NCBI GenBank assembly: GCA_036679605.1
Contig: JAZDCZ010000157.1
Coordinates: forward strand, 1-42,854
Length of the DNA stretch: 42,854 nucleotides
Reading direction: 5' to 3'
Origin: Gemmatimonadota bacterium
Lineage (GTDB): Bacteria; Gemmatimonadota; Gemmatimonadetes; Gemmatimonadales; GWC2-71-9
The stretch's first letter is position 1. Each line of letters opens with the position of its first letter. The translations under genes were made by a program, and so were the position numbers. Shown here piece by piece: positions 9,111 through 18,932 of this stretch. The notes under the pieces were generated by a model. It did no database searches. It was not told the DNA's origin and saw nothing but the letters and a program-made list of their open reading frames with translations.

Positions 9111-11194
9111 CACAGCCCACAGGCGGAGGCTCGAAACCTCCCGAAGAAACCGGTGCGGCCGCGCTTTCGAGAGACCTGGCAGACTTTCTCATAGAACTAT
9201 CCATTGCTTTGCACAAGCACGCCATGTATCCCGAGGGGCATCCCTCGCTGGCACCTGCTGCTGAGCGTGTTGCTCAGCGTCTCGATCCGTTGGTCGCGGA
9301 GAGAGGAACTCTTTCTCTAGGTGTTGCTAACATGCAGCTGGTTATCGAGGGTGTGGCGACCGACCCAAAGAACCCCGTGTTGAGTGATCTCGCTGATCGC
9401 CTACACCGTCACCACCTCGGCGCCATCAGTTTTCGGAGAGGGGCGGAGGCCTTTGAAGTTCAAGATCTGCTGTCAGTGATCGCTGTTGAGGCAGAACGTT
9501 CGGGTGAGCCGATTGGGTTGGGTCCGCGAGAACTGTTGACCGCATGGCCACACATTGCCCTTCACCCTCTCACGTATGAATCACTCGAGCTGCTGGACGA
9601 GGAAAGGGAGGATATTCCCGGCGAGGATGGCGCCGATCGAACCCGCGCCGCTCAGCTTTGGATCGGGTTGGCGAGGGCTGCCATCGCTTCTGAGGAGGTA
9701 GAAGAGCAGGAGGCGGAAAACGTCAACACCGAACCGTCTGTTGTGGCAAAGGCGATAGATGAACACGAGGGAGGGACCGCCTACGACCAGGTGATCGTGG
9801 GCTACCTGCTCAAGATCGCCGAGGAGCTTCGTAGCACAAAGGGAAGTGAGGCGGCAGCGCTCAAGAAGCGTATGTCCAAATTGGTGGGGAAACTGGACCG
9901 CGGGACCCTGGAACGACTTCTGGAAATGGGTGGAGACGGTGATCAACGGCGGCAATTCTTGCTCAACGCCTCAGAGGGAATGGCCGTAGATGCTGTGATG
10001 GCACTGGTACAGGCAGCGAGCGAGTCTCATGAACAGACGATTTCACATTCCATGCTCAGAATGCTCCAAAAAATGTCGCGGCATGCCGAAACGTCGCGAG
10101 GCGACAGAAGGGTGGTAGCAGAAACTTCAGTCCGGGAGCAGGTGACTGAACTGATCAACGGTTGGGCTTTGACTGATCCGAATCCTGGAGCATACGGCGA
10201 CGCCCTGCAAAAAATGGCCAGTGTCGGTCCAATGTTCTCGGTTGCGCCGGAGATGAGGTATCGGCCGGAACCAACCCGAATGCTTCAGATGGCTCTCGAA
10301 GTGGATGCGAAGGGTGAGGCGGTGACTCGCGCGGTGGACGAGCTACTAGAAAAAGGAAGAGTCAAGTGGTTGCTGACAACCGTGGACGAATCTGATGCGA
10401 CGATTGCATCCGCGGCCGTTTTAGACCAGCTGGCAGATAGGGAGAGACTCATGTCGTTTCTCCGGGCGGACCCCCTAGACGCGAGCATTCTTGACCTACT
10501 TCTGGCACACATTGGGTATGAAGCCGCCGATCCGATGCTCGAAGTTCTAATCGATTCGGAGTCTCAACAAACCCGACGGACGATTCTGGACCGCCTGGTG
10601 AAACTGGGACCGGATGTCTTTCCATCGTTGATGTCCCATATGAACGATCCGCGCTGGTTTGTCCAGCGCAACATGCTCTCCATCATTGGTGAGATGCAGG
10701 AACTTCCTCCAGAATTTGATGGCGCGAAATTCCTGCAGCACTCGGATCCGCGAGTGCGTCGTGAAGCAGTACGTATACTTCTTCGCAACCCCAAGAGCCG
10801 CGAGAGGGCCATATGCGCGGCCCTTACAGAGAGCGACACCCGGACCGTGCGCGCGGGTCTGGCTGCAGCATTGGAGTCGTGTCCTGGGTCGGCCGTTCCC
10901 CTTCTTGCAAACATGGCGACTTCGGGTGCCGGGGAACATGGTGTTGCGGCGGTTCGTGTCTTGGGTGCGAGCGGTATTCAAGCGGCGGTTGCGCCGCTCC
11001 TACGCATCGCGGAGCCCCGCAAGTCTTTTCTGAGATGGAAGCTTCCCCCAAAGAGCAGAGTTTTTCTGGAGGCTCTTGCAGGGCTTTCCAACTTCCAGTC
11101 TGATCCCCGTGCCAAACGCGCGCTCGCCGTCGCGTCGAAGTCGAAGGATCCAGAGGTCCGCAAAGCTGCCCAGGGCGGCGGGGATAAGTCTTAG
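9107..11194 (+). CDS. HEAT-repeat protein with N-terminal YPEGH domain
   Basis: C-terminal HEAT-like repeats (DPRWFVQRNMLSIIG, HSDPRVRREAVRIL, KDPEVRKAA); all-helical. Confidence 0.8.
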   Translation: MTQPTGGGSKPPEETGAAALSRDLADFLIELSIALHKHAMYPEGHPSLAPAAERVAQRLDPLVAERGTLSLGVANMQLVIEGVATDPKNPVLSDLADRLHRHHLGAISFRRGAEAFEVQDLLSVIAVEAERSGEPIGLGPRELLTAWPHIALHPLTYESLELLDEEREDIPGEDGADRTRAAQLWIGLARAAIASEEVEEQEAENVNTEPSVVAKAIDEHEGGTAYDQVIVGYLLKIAEELRSTKGSEAAALKKRMSKLVGKLDRGTLERLLEMGGDGDQRRQFLLNASEGMAVDAVMALVQAASESHEQTISHSMLRMLQKMSRHAETSRGDRRVVAETSVREQVTELINGWALTDPNPGAYGDALQKMASVGPMFSVAPEMRYRPEPTRMLQMALEVDAKGEAVTRAVDELLEKGRVKWLLTTVDESDATIASAAVLDQLADRERLMSFLRADPLDASILDLLLAHIGYEAADPMLEVLIDSESQQTRRTILDRLVKLGPDVFPSLMSHMNDPRWFVQRNMLSIIGEMQELPPEFDGAKFLQHSDPRVRREAVRILLRNPKSRERAICAALTESDTRTVRAGLAAALESCPGSAVPLLANMATSGAGEHGVAAVRVLGASGIQAAVAPLLRIAEPRKSFLRWKLPPKSRVFLEALAGLSNFQSDPRAKRALAVASKSKDPEVRKAAQGGGDKS

Positions 11195-11197
11195 TCG

Positions 11198-12436
11198 TTG
11201 TCGCACGCGGTCGAATTTCTGAACGCCCTTGCGCAGGCCCTCTCCGCACTTTCACTGTACCCGGAGGGCCACGCCTCCCGCGAGCGAGCACTCGATTCCA
11301 CCTACGAAAAATTGAACGACCTGATGAGCAAGGACAGGCATCCCTTCTTTTCCTTCCTGGCTGACGAGGTTGTTTATCGCAACACACCGCTTAAGGACAT
11401 GAGATCGTGGGAGTGGAGTGAACGACTTGCCAATATCGGCATCCAACGACTCGAGTTTGATGAAACGGTCACGCGTGACGAACTCGAAGGTCTCTTGGAT
11501 GAGATTCTGCTTCGGATGGCTCCTCAGGGAATCGACACAGCTCAGGTTCGACAGCCTCGCAGTACCGGAATCAAATGGGGTGAAATAGGTATCCGCGGTG
11601 AAGCTGATGCTGATCGGGAGGAGATAGCCACTGCGACACTGGCGCTGACCCTCGGAGAGGAAGCGGACACGATCCGCTGGTTACACGAAGAGGTGACAAC
11701 AGGCGGGGAACTTCCTCTTTTCGAAGCAGAGGCAGTTGTGCGAGGACTATCTGTAGCTATGCACGGCGATAGGCAGATGATACTCCCGCTCCTAAAGCTG
11801 CGTGACTTCGATGAATACACGACCACACATTCCCTGAACGTATCGGTTTTGACGATGGGCCTGGCTGAATTCATGGGCCTCGGTGCTCAAGATGTCAGGG
11901 CATTCGGTGTCGCCGGCCTGTTGCACGATCTTGGAAAGGTAAAAATTCCCCTGGACGTACTGAACAAATCGGGAAAACTGAGCCAAGAAGAAAGGATCTT
12001 GATGAACGAACATCCGGCAGAAGGTGCGCGCATCATCATTACATCCGAGCCGGATCTAGATATGGCAGCTGTTGTAGCGTACGAACACCATGTGATGCTG
12101 AACGGCGGTGGCTATCCATCATTCGCCCACCGCCGTGATTGCCATAAAGCTAGCAAACTGGTTCACGTTTGCGACGTCTATGATGCCTTACGAACCAACC
12201 GACCGTACCGTGACGCGTGGCCCTCAGAAAAAGTGCTGGCGTATTTGGAGGAACGATCTGGAGCGGAGTTCGACGGTGAGATAGCGCACTCCTTCACTCA
12301 GATGATGCGGCAATGGGAACCTCACGTAGCCTTGCTAACAGAAGAAGAAGTGGTTCCCGATGCGGTAGCCGGAACTTCCAGTGACGGCGACGGGGCTCCA
12401 GACGCCACGGAGAAGGCGGAAACCGGATCGTCCTGA
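11198..12436 (+). CDS. HD-GYP domain protein (putative cyclic-dinucleotide phosphodiesterase)
   Basis: YTTTHSLNVS, LLHDLGK, HHVMLNGGGYP, VCDVYDALRTNRPYR motifs. Confidence 0.9.
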   Translation: MSHAVEFLNALAQALSALSLYPEGHASRERALDSTYEKLNDLMSKDRHPFFSFLADEVVYRNTPLKDMRSWEWSERLANIGIQRLEFDETVTRDELEGLLDEILLRMAPQGIDTAQVRQPRSTGIKWGEIGIRGEADADREEIATATLALTLGEEADTIRWLHEEVTTGGELPLFEAEAVVRGLSVAMHGDRQMILPLLKLRDFDEYTTTHSLNVSVLTMGLAEFMGLGAQDVRAFGVAGLLHDLGKVKIPLDVLNKSGKLSQEERILMNEHPAEGARIIITSEPDLDMAAVVAYEHHVMLNGGGYPSFAHRRDCHKASKLVHVCDVYDALRTNRPYRDAWPSEKVLAYLEERSGAEFDGEIAHSFTQMMRQWEPHVALLTEEEVVPDAVAGTSSDGDGAPDATEKAETGSS

Positions 12437-13176
12437 CCAGAGATCACTAGTCGCCCTTTGAAACCCCGTGAGTTCAATACTTTGCCCACAACATCCTCGG
12501 CCAACCCCGGAGTATTACAGCGATTACTCAGGTGAACTAGGACGACAGTCCTCAGTTCCTCATGACACAATTCAGACAACAAGTCGGCTGCGGCCTTATT
12601 TGACAGATGGCCGCCGGATCCGGCAATGCGTTTGCGAACTGAAGCAGGGTAGGGGCCGGTGCGAAGCAGTGCGTCGTCATGGTTTGCCTCGATTATGAGA
12701 CAGTGGCAATCTCGTAGAAGACGGCGTAAGGCACGGGATGGGCGGCCAACGTCGCAGGCTATTCCGACCTTCGAGCCCGTGTCCGGCAACTCTACAGTCA
12801 GGGCGATCGGCTCGGCGGCGTCATGATAAGTTCGGCACGCCTCCACAACAAACGGGTCGATCAGCATAGGCTCGTGAGTCAGAAGCCGGTGGCAATCGAT
12901 TCCATCGAGTTTTCTTGAGAGTGCGTCCAGAGTGCCACTCGTCGCGAACAGCGGACATCCAACTCGCCGAGCGAGGGAAGGCGCACCTCGCGAGTGATCG
13001 CCGTGTTCGTGCGTAACGACTATTCCGGCGAGAGAATCCAGGTCAATGCCGGCTCTCTCCGCTCGGCTGGTAATAGCTCTGATTCCGAATCCAACATCCA
13101 CGAGCAGTGTTCGGTTGCTCGCTTCTAATGCAAACGTGTTGCCACCACTGCCCGAACCGAGCACCGCGATTCTCAT
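12322..13176 (-). CDS. MBL-fold metallo-hydrolase (YycJ/WalJ-like)
   Basis: LGSGSGGN, THEHGDH, HDAAEP, EANHD, GHLSN, HLS motifs. Confidence 0.88.
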   Translation of the reverse strand: MRIAVLGSGSGGNTFALEASNRTLLVDVGFGIRAITSRAERAGIDLDSLAGIVVTHEHGDHSRGAPSLARRVGCPLFATSGTLDALSRKLDGIDCHRLLTHEPMLIDPFVVEACRTYHDAAEPIALTVELPDTGSKVGIACDVGRPSRALRRLLRDCHCLIIEANHDDALLRTGPYPASVRKRIAGSGGHLSNKAAADLLSELCHEELRTVVLVHLSNRCNTPGLAEDVVGKVLNSRGFKGRLVISGQDDPVSAFSVASGAPSPSLEVPATASGTTSSSVSKAT

Positions 13177-14342
13177 CGTGACACTGTGTTGTCATGAAGA
13201 ACTCCCAGCCATGTCTCGACTTCGGCGGTGACCTCCACCTTCCGCCGAGGCATTACGCGGCGCGCGATCTTGAGAAAACCCTCACGCTCCATCAACTCTC
13301 CGCTCGTTCCCCAGGCAAAAGGTGCCAGGTACTTCGGGGGTGCAGCGGGACCGAAAACATTTGCGCCTGCACCGATAGCAGTACCTGTCCCGAGTTGGGT
13401 ACCGATAGCGACCTTCACATGATCGCCGAAGAGGGTGCCCATGAATTGTCTGCCGGTATCTAGCTTTCGCCCGTCTATTTCGAGGCGAACCGTGCCGTAA
13501 GTATTCTTCAAGTTGGAGGTCGTTGTCCCTGCGCCCAAGTTCACCCATCGGCCGAGAACGGAATGACCAATGAATCCGTCGTGTCCTTTGTTTGAGTAGC
13601 CCAGCGCTACGGTAGTGGCGATCTCACCACGGATACGGCAGCGCGGTCCGATGGCACAGTGCCTGATGCTACCACCGAGAATCTCTGAACCAGGCCCTAC
13701 GTACACCGGACCCTCGAGTCGTGTCCCCGCCTTTATGTAACAGTGTTGCTCTATGACGACTACTCCCTCCCTGACATCGAAGATCGTGCCCGGCTCGACG
13801 GCGGCCCCAAGTATTACAACGTCGGCCGGGTCTCCAATTATGATGCTGCCATCGGGTAACGGATCTCCACCCTCGTGAGTAAAATCCAACGTGTCCGGAG
13901 ACAGTAGCAGCTCCAGGGCGGTGATTAGGTCATAGGAGCCGGACAGAGTCAGGCCCTCGAGTTCGAGTTCAGCCCAGTCTCCGTCCTCTCCGTCCCAGCG
14001 AACGCCTTCCGGTATCCACCAGCCAACGGTGGATCCGTCGTTCACCAAACGCGACGCCTCGTCGGGAAGCTCAAGGTGGCTGCCTGTGGGGACAAATTCC
14101 GAACACCCCACCACGGCAGGGCCTTCTATCCCGTGTTTCTCTGCGATCGGTGGAACTCCAGCTTCTACGAAGCTTGTGATGTAGCGATGTCCGAACACTT
14201 CGCGTGCATCACCACCGGCCACCGCCTCCCATCGCTCTCGGATCAGCCACGCTCCAGCTCTCAACTCGCAGATGGGTCGGCATTGAGCAAACGGAAACCA
14301 TTTAGGAGATGCCTCTGGCTCTATGAGATACAGATCTGTCAT
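13173..14342 (-). CDS. GlmU-related putative sugar nucleotidyltransferase/acetyltransferase with hexapeptide repeats
   Basis: RPICELRAGAWLIRERW near the N-terminus; SNKGHDGFIGHSVLGRWVNLGAGTTTSNLKNTY left-handed beta-helix. Start placed at ATG 14342, overlapping the manC stop. Confidence 0.8.
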   Translation of the reverse strand: MTDLYLIEPEASPKWFPFAQCRPICELRAGAWLIRERWEAVAGGDAREVFGHRYITSFVEAGVPPIAEKHGIEGPAVVGCSEFVPTGSHLELPDEASRLVNDGSTVGWWIPEGVRWDGEDGDWAELELEGLTLSGSYDLITALELLLSPDTLDFTHEGGDPLPDGSIIIGDPADVVILGAAVEPGTIFDVREGVVVIEQHCYIKAGTRLEGPVYVGPGSEILGGSIRHCAIGPRCRIRGEIATTVALGYSNKGHDGFIGHSVLGRWVNLGAGTTTSNLKNTYGTVRLEIDGRKLDTGRQFMGTLFGDHVKVAIGTQLGTGTAIGAGANVFGPAAPPKYLAPFAWGTSGELMEREGFLKIARRVMPRRKVEVTAEVETWLGVLHDNTVSR

Positions 14343-15376
14343 TTTCCCAAGTTCCGAAGGTTGTCGGGCATGTTTGCTAGTAACTCTTTGAGATGGGTGG
14401 ATCGCTCGCGCGTAGTAACCAGCGTGATGCCATTCGCTTGTACGACGACAAGATTCTCTACGCCATCCAGCACAATAGCGTCCTGTTCCGTCCAAATAAT
14501 GCAGCCGGAGGATTGGCGCTGATGCACCGTGCCAACGAGTACATTGCCACTTTCATCCAGGTCCCGAATTCGTGCGAGCGCATCCCAGGTTCCCACGTCG
14601 TCCCATGGGTATTTGCCAGGTACACACGCCACGTGATCGCTGCGCTCAAAGTGTGACACGTCTACTGCGACAGGGGTTACTGACGCAAAAAACCCGCTAA
14701 CGTCGCCAGAAGCGAGCCGGTGCATTTCGGGAGCCAATTCAGTGGCCACGGCCTGTGTCTCGATCTCGAATCGGTTCGCTGTCCAAGCAAACAGCCCACT
14801 GTTCCACAGCGCTCCGTCATCAATAAGTTTGATCGCAGTTTGCGAGTCGGGCTTCTCTACGAAGGCCTGCACTCGCTTAGCGTCTCCGTCCAAAGACTCA
14901 CCCAACTGTATATAGCCGTACCCGCTGTCCGGGCGGTTGGGAACGATACCTACCGTGACCATGACATCATGTTGTTCCGCTACATCCATTGCTCGCGATG
15001 CCGTGTCGCGAAACAGTTGATCGTCGCCGACGTACCAGTCCGCGTGGAGCGACAGTAGGGTGGCTGACGCGTCCTGCGTCACCGCCGTCTGCGTTGCCCA
15101 AGCCAGGGCGGGGGCTGTGGAGGCTGCTCGGGGCTCAACCAAGATGTTCTGTTGTGGGATCTCGGATAGCAAACGCCGTGTCTTGTCAGCGAGGGCGGGA
15201 CCAGTCACGACGAGAATCCGATCCGGGGGAATAAGACCCCGCAGTCTATTGACGGTCAGACGCAGCAGCGACTCACCGTCGACTAGTGGAAGTAGCTGTT
15301 TGGGGTTGGATTCCTTGGAGAGCGGCCAGAAGCGGGTCCCGGAACCGCCAGCGAGAATAGCCGCCCAGCGGCTCAC
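14339..15376 (-). CDS. manC: Mannose-1-phosphate guanylyltransferase
   Basis: ILAGGSGTRFWPLS..PKQ, GYGYI, FVEKP, WNSGLF, WDDVGTW. Confidence 0.92.
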   Translation of the reverse strand: MSRWAAILAGGSGTRFWPLSKESNPKQLLPLVDGESLLRLTVNRLRGLIPPDRILVVTGPALADKTRRLLSEIPQQNILVEPRAASTAPALAWATQTAVTQDASATLLSLHADWYVGDDQLFRDTASRAMDVAEQHDVMVTVGIVPNRPDSGYGYIQLGESLDGDAKRVQAFVEKPDSQTAIKLIDDGALWNSGLFAWTANRFEIETQAVATELAPEMHRLASGDVSGFFASVTPVAVDVSHFERSDHVACVPGKYPWDDVGTWDALARIRDLDESGNVLVGTVHQRQSSGCIIWTEQDAIVLDGVENLVVVQANGITLVTTRERSTHLKELLANMPDNLRNLGK

Positions 15377-15437
15377 CGGTGCTCTCTGATGCGATACTCG
15401 ACGAAGCCGGCGCTCGTTGTGCTAGACAAGGCCAGGC

Positions 15438-15791
15438 TCAAAGCAAGTTTGCGATAGCGACTCGATGCCGTCGCAATTCGTATAATAACTTTCCCACGTT
15501 GGTGTCCGGCTTGACCAAGATTACGAGAAGAGATTCCGCGGTGATCTGGGCGACGATTGCCAGTCCGGCATCACACTCAATAACGGCGGTTGCGAACTGT
15601 CCGCGGGAGCCCGCAGTGCCGAGAGCGGCACAAGCGTCGACAACCGGGGGAACCAGGGCAGCTATGATTTCAGGGTCGAGGTCAGGGCTGGTGCGGCCAT
15701 CGATCGTCAGGCCATCACGTCCCAGCACGATTACGGCCTCTACACCGGTGCGTGTTTCCAACGCCTGTACGACATCTTGAATCTTTGTCAT
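15438..15791 (-). CDS. Roadblock/LC7 (MglB-like) domain protein
   Basis: GVEAVIVLGRDGLTID...NVGKLLYELRR roadblock pattern; start placed at ATG 15791. Confidence 0.85.
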   Translation of the reverse strand: MTKIQDVVQALETRTGVEAVIVLGRDGLTIDGRTSPDLDPEIIAALVPPVVDACAALGTAGSRGQFATAVIECDAGLAIVAQITAESLLVILVKPDTNVGKLLYELRRHRVAIANLL

Positions 15792-15798
15792 GAGCGCC

Positions 15799-15827
15799 AA
15801 GCTAGATTCGGCCCGGAGCGAAGTCAA
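15799..15827 (-). promoter_or_regulatory. Sigma70-type promoter for the roadblock gene (probably leaderless)
   Basis: Minus strand TTGACT-17 nt-TAGCTT, then 7 nt to the ATG at 15791. Confidence 0.6.
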
Positions 15828-15841
15828 GGCAACACATGAAC

Positions 15842-15870
15842 TTGACCCTGTTTCGGAGTCCGGCTAACCT
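15842..15870 (+). promoter_or_regulatory. Sigma70-type promoter for the lipoprotein-serS-kinase-pcrA unit
   Basis: TTGACC-17 nt-TAACCT, 13 nt before ATG 15884. Confidence 0.6.
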
Positions 15871-15883
15871 TCAACGTAAGTCT

Positions 15884-16465
15884 ATGAAACGCATCCTCTT
15901 TTCCCGCTTCTGGTTGAGCTGTGCAGGGTCGCTGGGTTTATTCGCGGCCGTGTCGTGTGGCGCTGATCTCGGTTTGCCTCCGGCGGGGGCACCCAATTTT
16001 TCCGACACACTCACGTTATTTGCATTGCAGGGAACACCAATCACCGCACCAAGCGCCTTTGATATCGTCCTCGGTACGATTGCTCGAACCCAGCAAGGTG
16101 AGCAGTTCGACTTCGCTTTCGACTTCGATTCGGCCGGCACGCCAGCCATTTTTCCAGCGGGCACTCTCGGCTTGCCACAGGAGGCTGGGATCAAGGTGAG
16201 CGATCAGGCGTTCGATGCGATCCTCAGGGCGCCCGCCGACGGCTATGTCGTCGACAAGTCTACTCCTCTCTCACTCGGTCTGGTTTTTATTGCGCGGTCC
16301 CGTAACTCGAACCTGGGAACATGCCTTTTCCTCGGAGCCCTGCCGCGATACGGCAAGTTCCGTGTTCTCGAACTGGATCTTGTGGAGCGCTCGGTTACCA
16401 TGGAATCGCTGGTCGATATCAACTGTGGCTTTAGAGATCTCCAACCCGGCTTTCCCACCTCCTAG
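15884..16465 (+). CDS. Hypothetical lipoprotein
   Basis: MKRILFSRF...FAAVSC lipobox-like signal; no recognised family. Confidence 0.7.
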   Translation: MKRILFSRFWLSCAGSLGLFAAVSCGADLGLPPAGAPNFSDTLTLFALQGTPITAPSAFDIVLGTIARTQQGEQFDFAFDFDSAGTPAIFPAGTLGLPQEAGIKVSDQAFDAILRAPADGYVVDKSTPLSLGLVFIARSRNSNLGTCLFLGALPRYGKFRVLELDLVERSVTMESLVDINCGFRDLQPGFPTS

Positions 16466-16468
16466 TCA

Positions 16469-17758
16469 GTGATTGACATCAGATTGGTCCGTGAGTCTCC
16501 CGAAGTCGTCCGGGCGGCGCTGGAACGGCGTGATGCATCGCTAGGCAACGCGGTCACCCAATTGACTCAACTCGATGAGCGCAGACGCTCATTGGTGTTG
16601 CGCGTCGAAAAACTCAAAGCTGAGCGGAACCTGGCCTCGCAAAAAGTTGCGGAGCTGAAGAGGGTAAAGAGCGACGCGAGTTCTCTCATATCAGAACTGC
16701 AAGAGCTTAGTGGCACGATCAAAGATCTCGACCGAGATCTCAAGGATGTGGAGAGCGAACTTCAAGAAAAACTGCTGTGCGTCCCCAACATTCCCTTAGA
16801 CGATCTCCCGCTGGGCGATGTCACCGCAAATAAGATCGTCAGAGAGTGGGGTGAGGTTAAGGAGCTTCAGTTTACACCTCGGCCACATTGGGAGCTGGGT
16901 GAAAATCTAGGCATGCTTGATTTGCCGCGGGGAGCGGCAATCGCCGGCAGCGGGTTTCCCGTATTCATAGGTATGGGCGCCCGCCTGGTACGGGCGCTCG
17001 TCAACTTCATGATGGACCTCCATGTTGAAGAGCACGGCTATGTGGAAGTTGCGCCACCACTGCTGGTAACGGAGGACTCTGCGCGAGGCACCGGCCAGAT
17101 CCCGGACCTCGAGGACAACATGTATCGTACCACAGACGGTCTCTTCCTGATTCCAACAGCTGAGGTACCCGTCACAAACCTTCACCAGAACGAGATTTTT
17201 GCACCTGGAAGTCTGCCTCGATCCTACGTCGCGTACACCCCATGCTTTCGTCGTGAAGCTGGGGCGCATGGCAAGGATACGCGCGGAATCATCAGAGTAC
17301 ATCAATTCGACAAGGTTGAATTGGTAAGCTTCGTAGAACCACAAGATTCGCCCAATGAACAAGAGAAACTGCTGCAGCACGCAGAGGCCGTGCTGCAACG
17401 GCTGGATCTCCCATACCGAGTCGTCCTGCTTGCCACAGGTGACATCGGATTTGCAAGCGCAAAGACCTACGATCTCGAGGTATGGGCTGCGGGTGTGGGC
17501 CAGTGGCTCGAGGTCTCGAGCGCCAGTACGTTCACCGATTTTCAGGCACGCCGTGCGAATATTCGGTACCGCGCAAGTGCCAATGCGAAACCAAGTTTCG
17601 TGCACACACTGAACGCATCCGGCGTTGCTCTGCCACGGACGATAATCGCCCTGCTCGAGAACAATCAGCACGAAGACGGCAGCGTTAGCATACCTGACTC
17701 ACTGGTTCCTTACTTGGGGGCCGATCGGCTGACGCCTAGTGGCAAGGCATCAGGTTAG
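16469..17758 (+). CDS. serS: Serine--tRNA ligase
   Basis: N-terminal coiled coil, LIPTAEVP, FRREAG, RVHQFDKVE, HTLNASG. Confidence 0.98.
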   Translation: MIDIRLVRESPEVVRAALERRDASLGNAVTQLTQLDERRRSLVLRVEKLKAERNLASQKVAELKRVKSDASSLISELQELSGTIKDLDRDLKDVESELQEKLLCVPNIPLDDLPLGDVTANKIVREWGEVKELQFTPRPHWELGENLGMLDLPRGAAIAGSGFPVFIGMGARLVRALVNFMMDLHVEEHGYVEVAPPLLVTEDSARGTGQIPDLEDNMYRTTDGLFLIPTAEVPVTNLHQNEIFAPGSLPRSYVAYTPCFRREAGAHGKDTRGIIRVHQFDKVELVSFVEPQDSPNEQEKLLQHAEAVLQRLDLPYRVVLLATGDIGFASAKTYDLEVWAAGVGQWLEVSSASTFTDFQARRANIRYRASANAKPSFVHTLNASGVALPRTIIALLENNQHEDGSVSIPDSLVPYLGADRLTPSGKASG

Positions 17759-18932
17759 GCAACGGCTGCGGCAGCATGGGCCGGCAGCTGTTCTCGGGCT
17801 CGCGCTGATTTTCGGTGGCATCTCGGTATGGCAGGCATGGGACATCGCTACCCATCTCAGACTGCAGACCCAGGAAACGTCGAGATTTTATGGAGAGATC
17901 ATCGCGGCCATCGGTAATCCAGGGCAGGAAACGCCCACGCTCTTCGGGCTCTCGAAAGAGGCGCAAGAGATCGGTATTCCCATAGTTGTAACGGATCCGA
18001 GCGGTACCCCCACTGCGTGGGCCAACACGCCGTTCGATTCGGCCGGAGTCTCCCTCATTCTGGACAACGACTCAGAACTCAAGGCGTACGTCGACCAACT
18101 CGATCGAGACAATGAACCGATTGTAGGGTCTGGTTTCGTAGTCCACTTCGGGGATCTCCCGGTTACTAGGCGGCTCACCTGGCTGGGCCTGCTACAGCTG
18201 GTGATACTGGTGACGGCTGTGACGATTGGTGTGTGGGCCTATCGTGCCTCGCGGGATCGACATCGGGGCCAGATCTGGGTTGCCATGGCCAGAGAGTCAG
18301 CACACCAGCTTGGAACCCCCCTGATGAGCGCAGGGGCGTGGGTCGAGCGTCTAGGGGAAATAGAGGATCCGCGTGCGGTAGAAGTCGCCAAGCACTTGAC
18401 CGCAGATCTCGAACGGCTGGAGCGAGTGGCGAAGCGGTTCGAGCGTATCGGCCGCCCGGCTCGGCGAGATCGAGTGTCCCTCGGCGTGCTTGTTGAGCGC
18501 GTGGCGGCATATTTTGAACCGCGTCTGCCAAGGCACGCCCACCAGATAGAATTGCGCGTGGAGGCGCCCGACGCAGGCCCCATGATCCAGGCCGATCGCG
18601 TTCTTGTGGAGTGGGCACTGGAAGCTCTGGTAAGAAACTCAATCGATGCCCTGAGTTCGCGCGGTGGACTCATTACTGTCGGCGTCAAGAGCGACGGTGA
18701 TAAAGTCCTCGTATCGGTGACCGACGACGGCCCAGGTGTCCCCTTGGAGGTTCGTTCCAATCTATTCGAACCGGGTGTCACAACTAAGCAGGGAGGATGG
18801 GGAATTGGGTTGGCGCTTGCCCGTCGGGTCATCGAGGAGGTTCACGGCGGCTATATCGATCTGCTGGCGTCTGATACGGGTGCGACGTTTGTGGTGAGCC
18901 TGCCGGTAACGGGTCAAGACGCCGATGATTGA
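17739..18932 (+). CDS. Membrane-bound sensor histidine kinase (no adjacent response regulator)
   Basis: Two TM segments; H-box ESAHQLGTPL, N-box RNSIDA, DDGPG, FEPGVTTKQGGWGIGL. Confidence 0.92.
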   Translation: MARHQVRQRLRQHGPAAVLGLALIFGGISVWQAWDIATHLRLQTQETSRFYGEIIAAIGNPGQETPTLFGLSKEAQEIGIPIVVTDPSGTPTAWANTPFDSAGVSLILDNDSELKAYVDQLDRDNEPIVGSGFVVHFGDLPVTRRLTWLGLLQLVILVTAVTIGVWAYRASRDRHRGQIWVAMARESAHQLGTPLMSAGAWVERLGEIEDPRAVEVAKHLTADLERLERVAKRFERIGRPARRDRVSLGVLVERVAAYFEPRLPRHAHQIELRVEAPDAGPMIQADRVLVEWALEALVRNSIDALSSRGGLITVGVKSDGDKVLVSVTDDGPGVPLEVRSNLFEPGVTTKQGGWGIGLALARRVIEEVHGGYIDLLASDTGATFVVSLPVTGQDADD

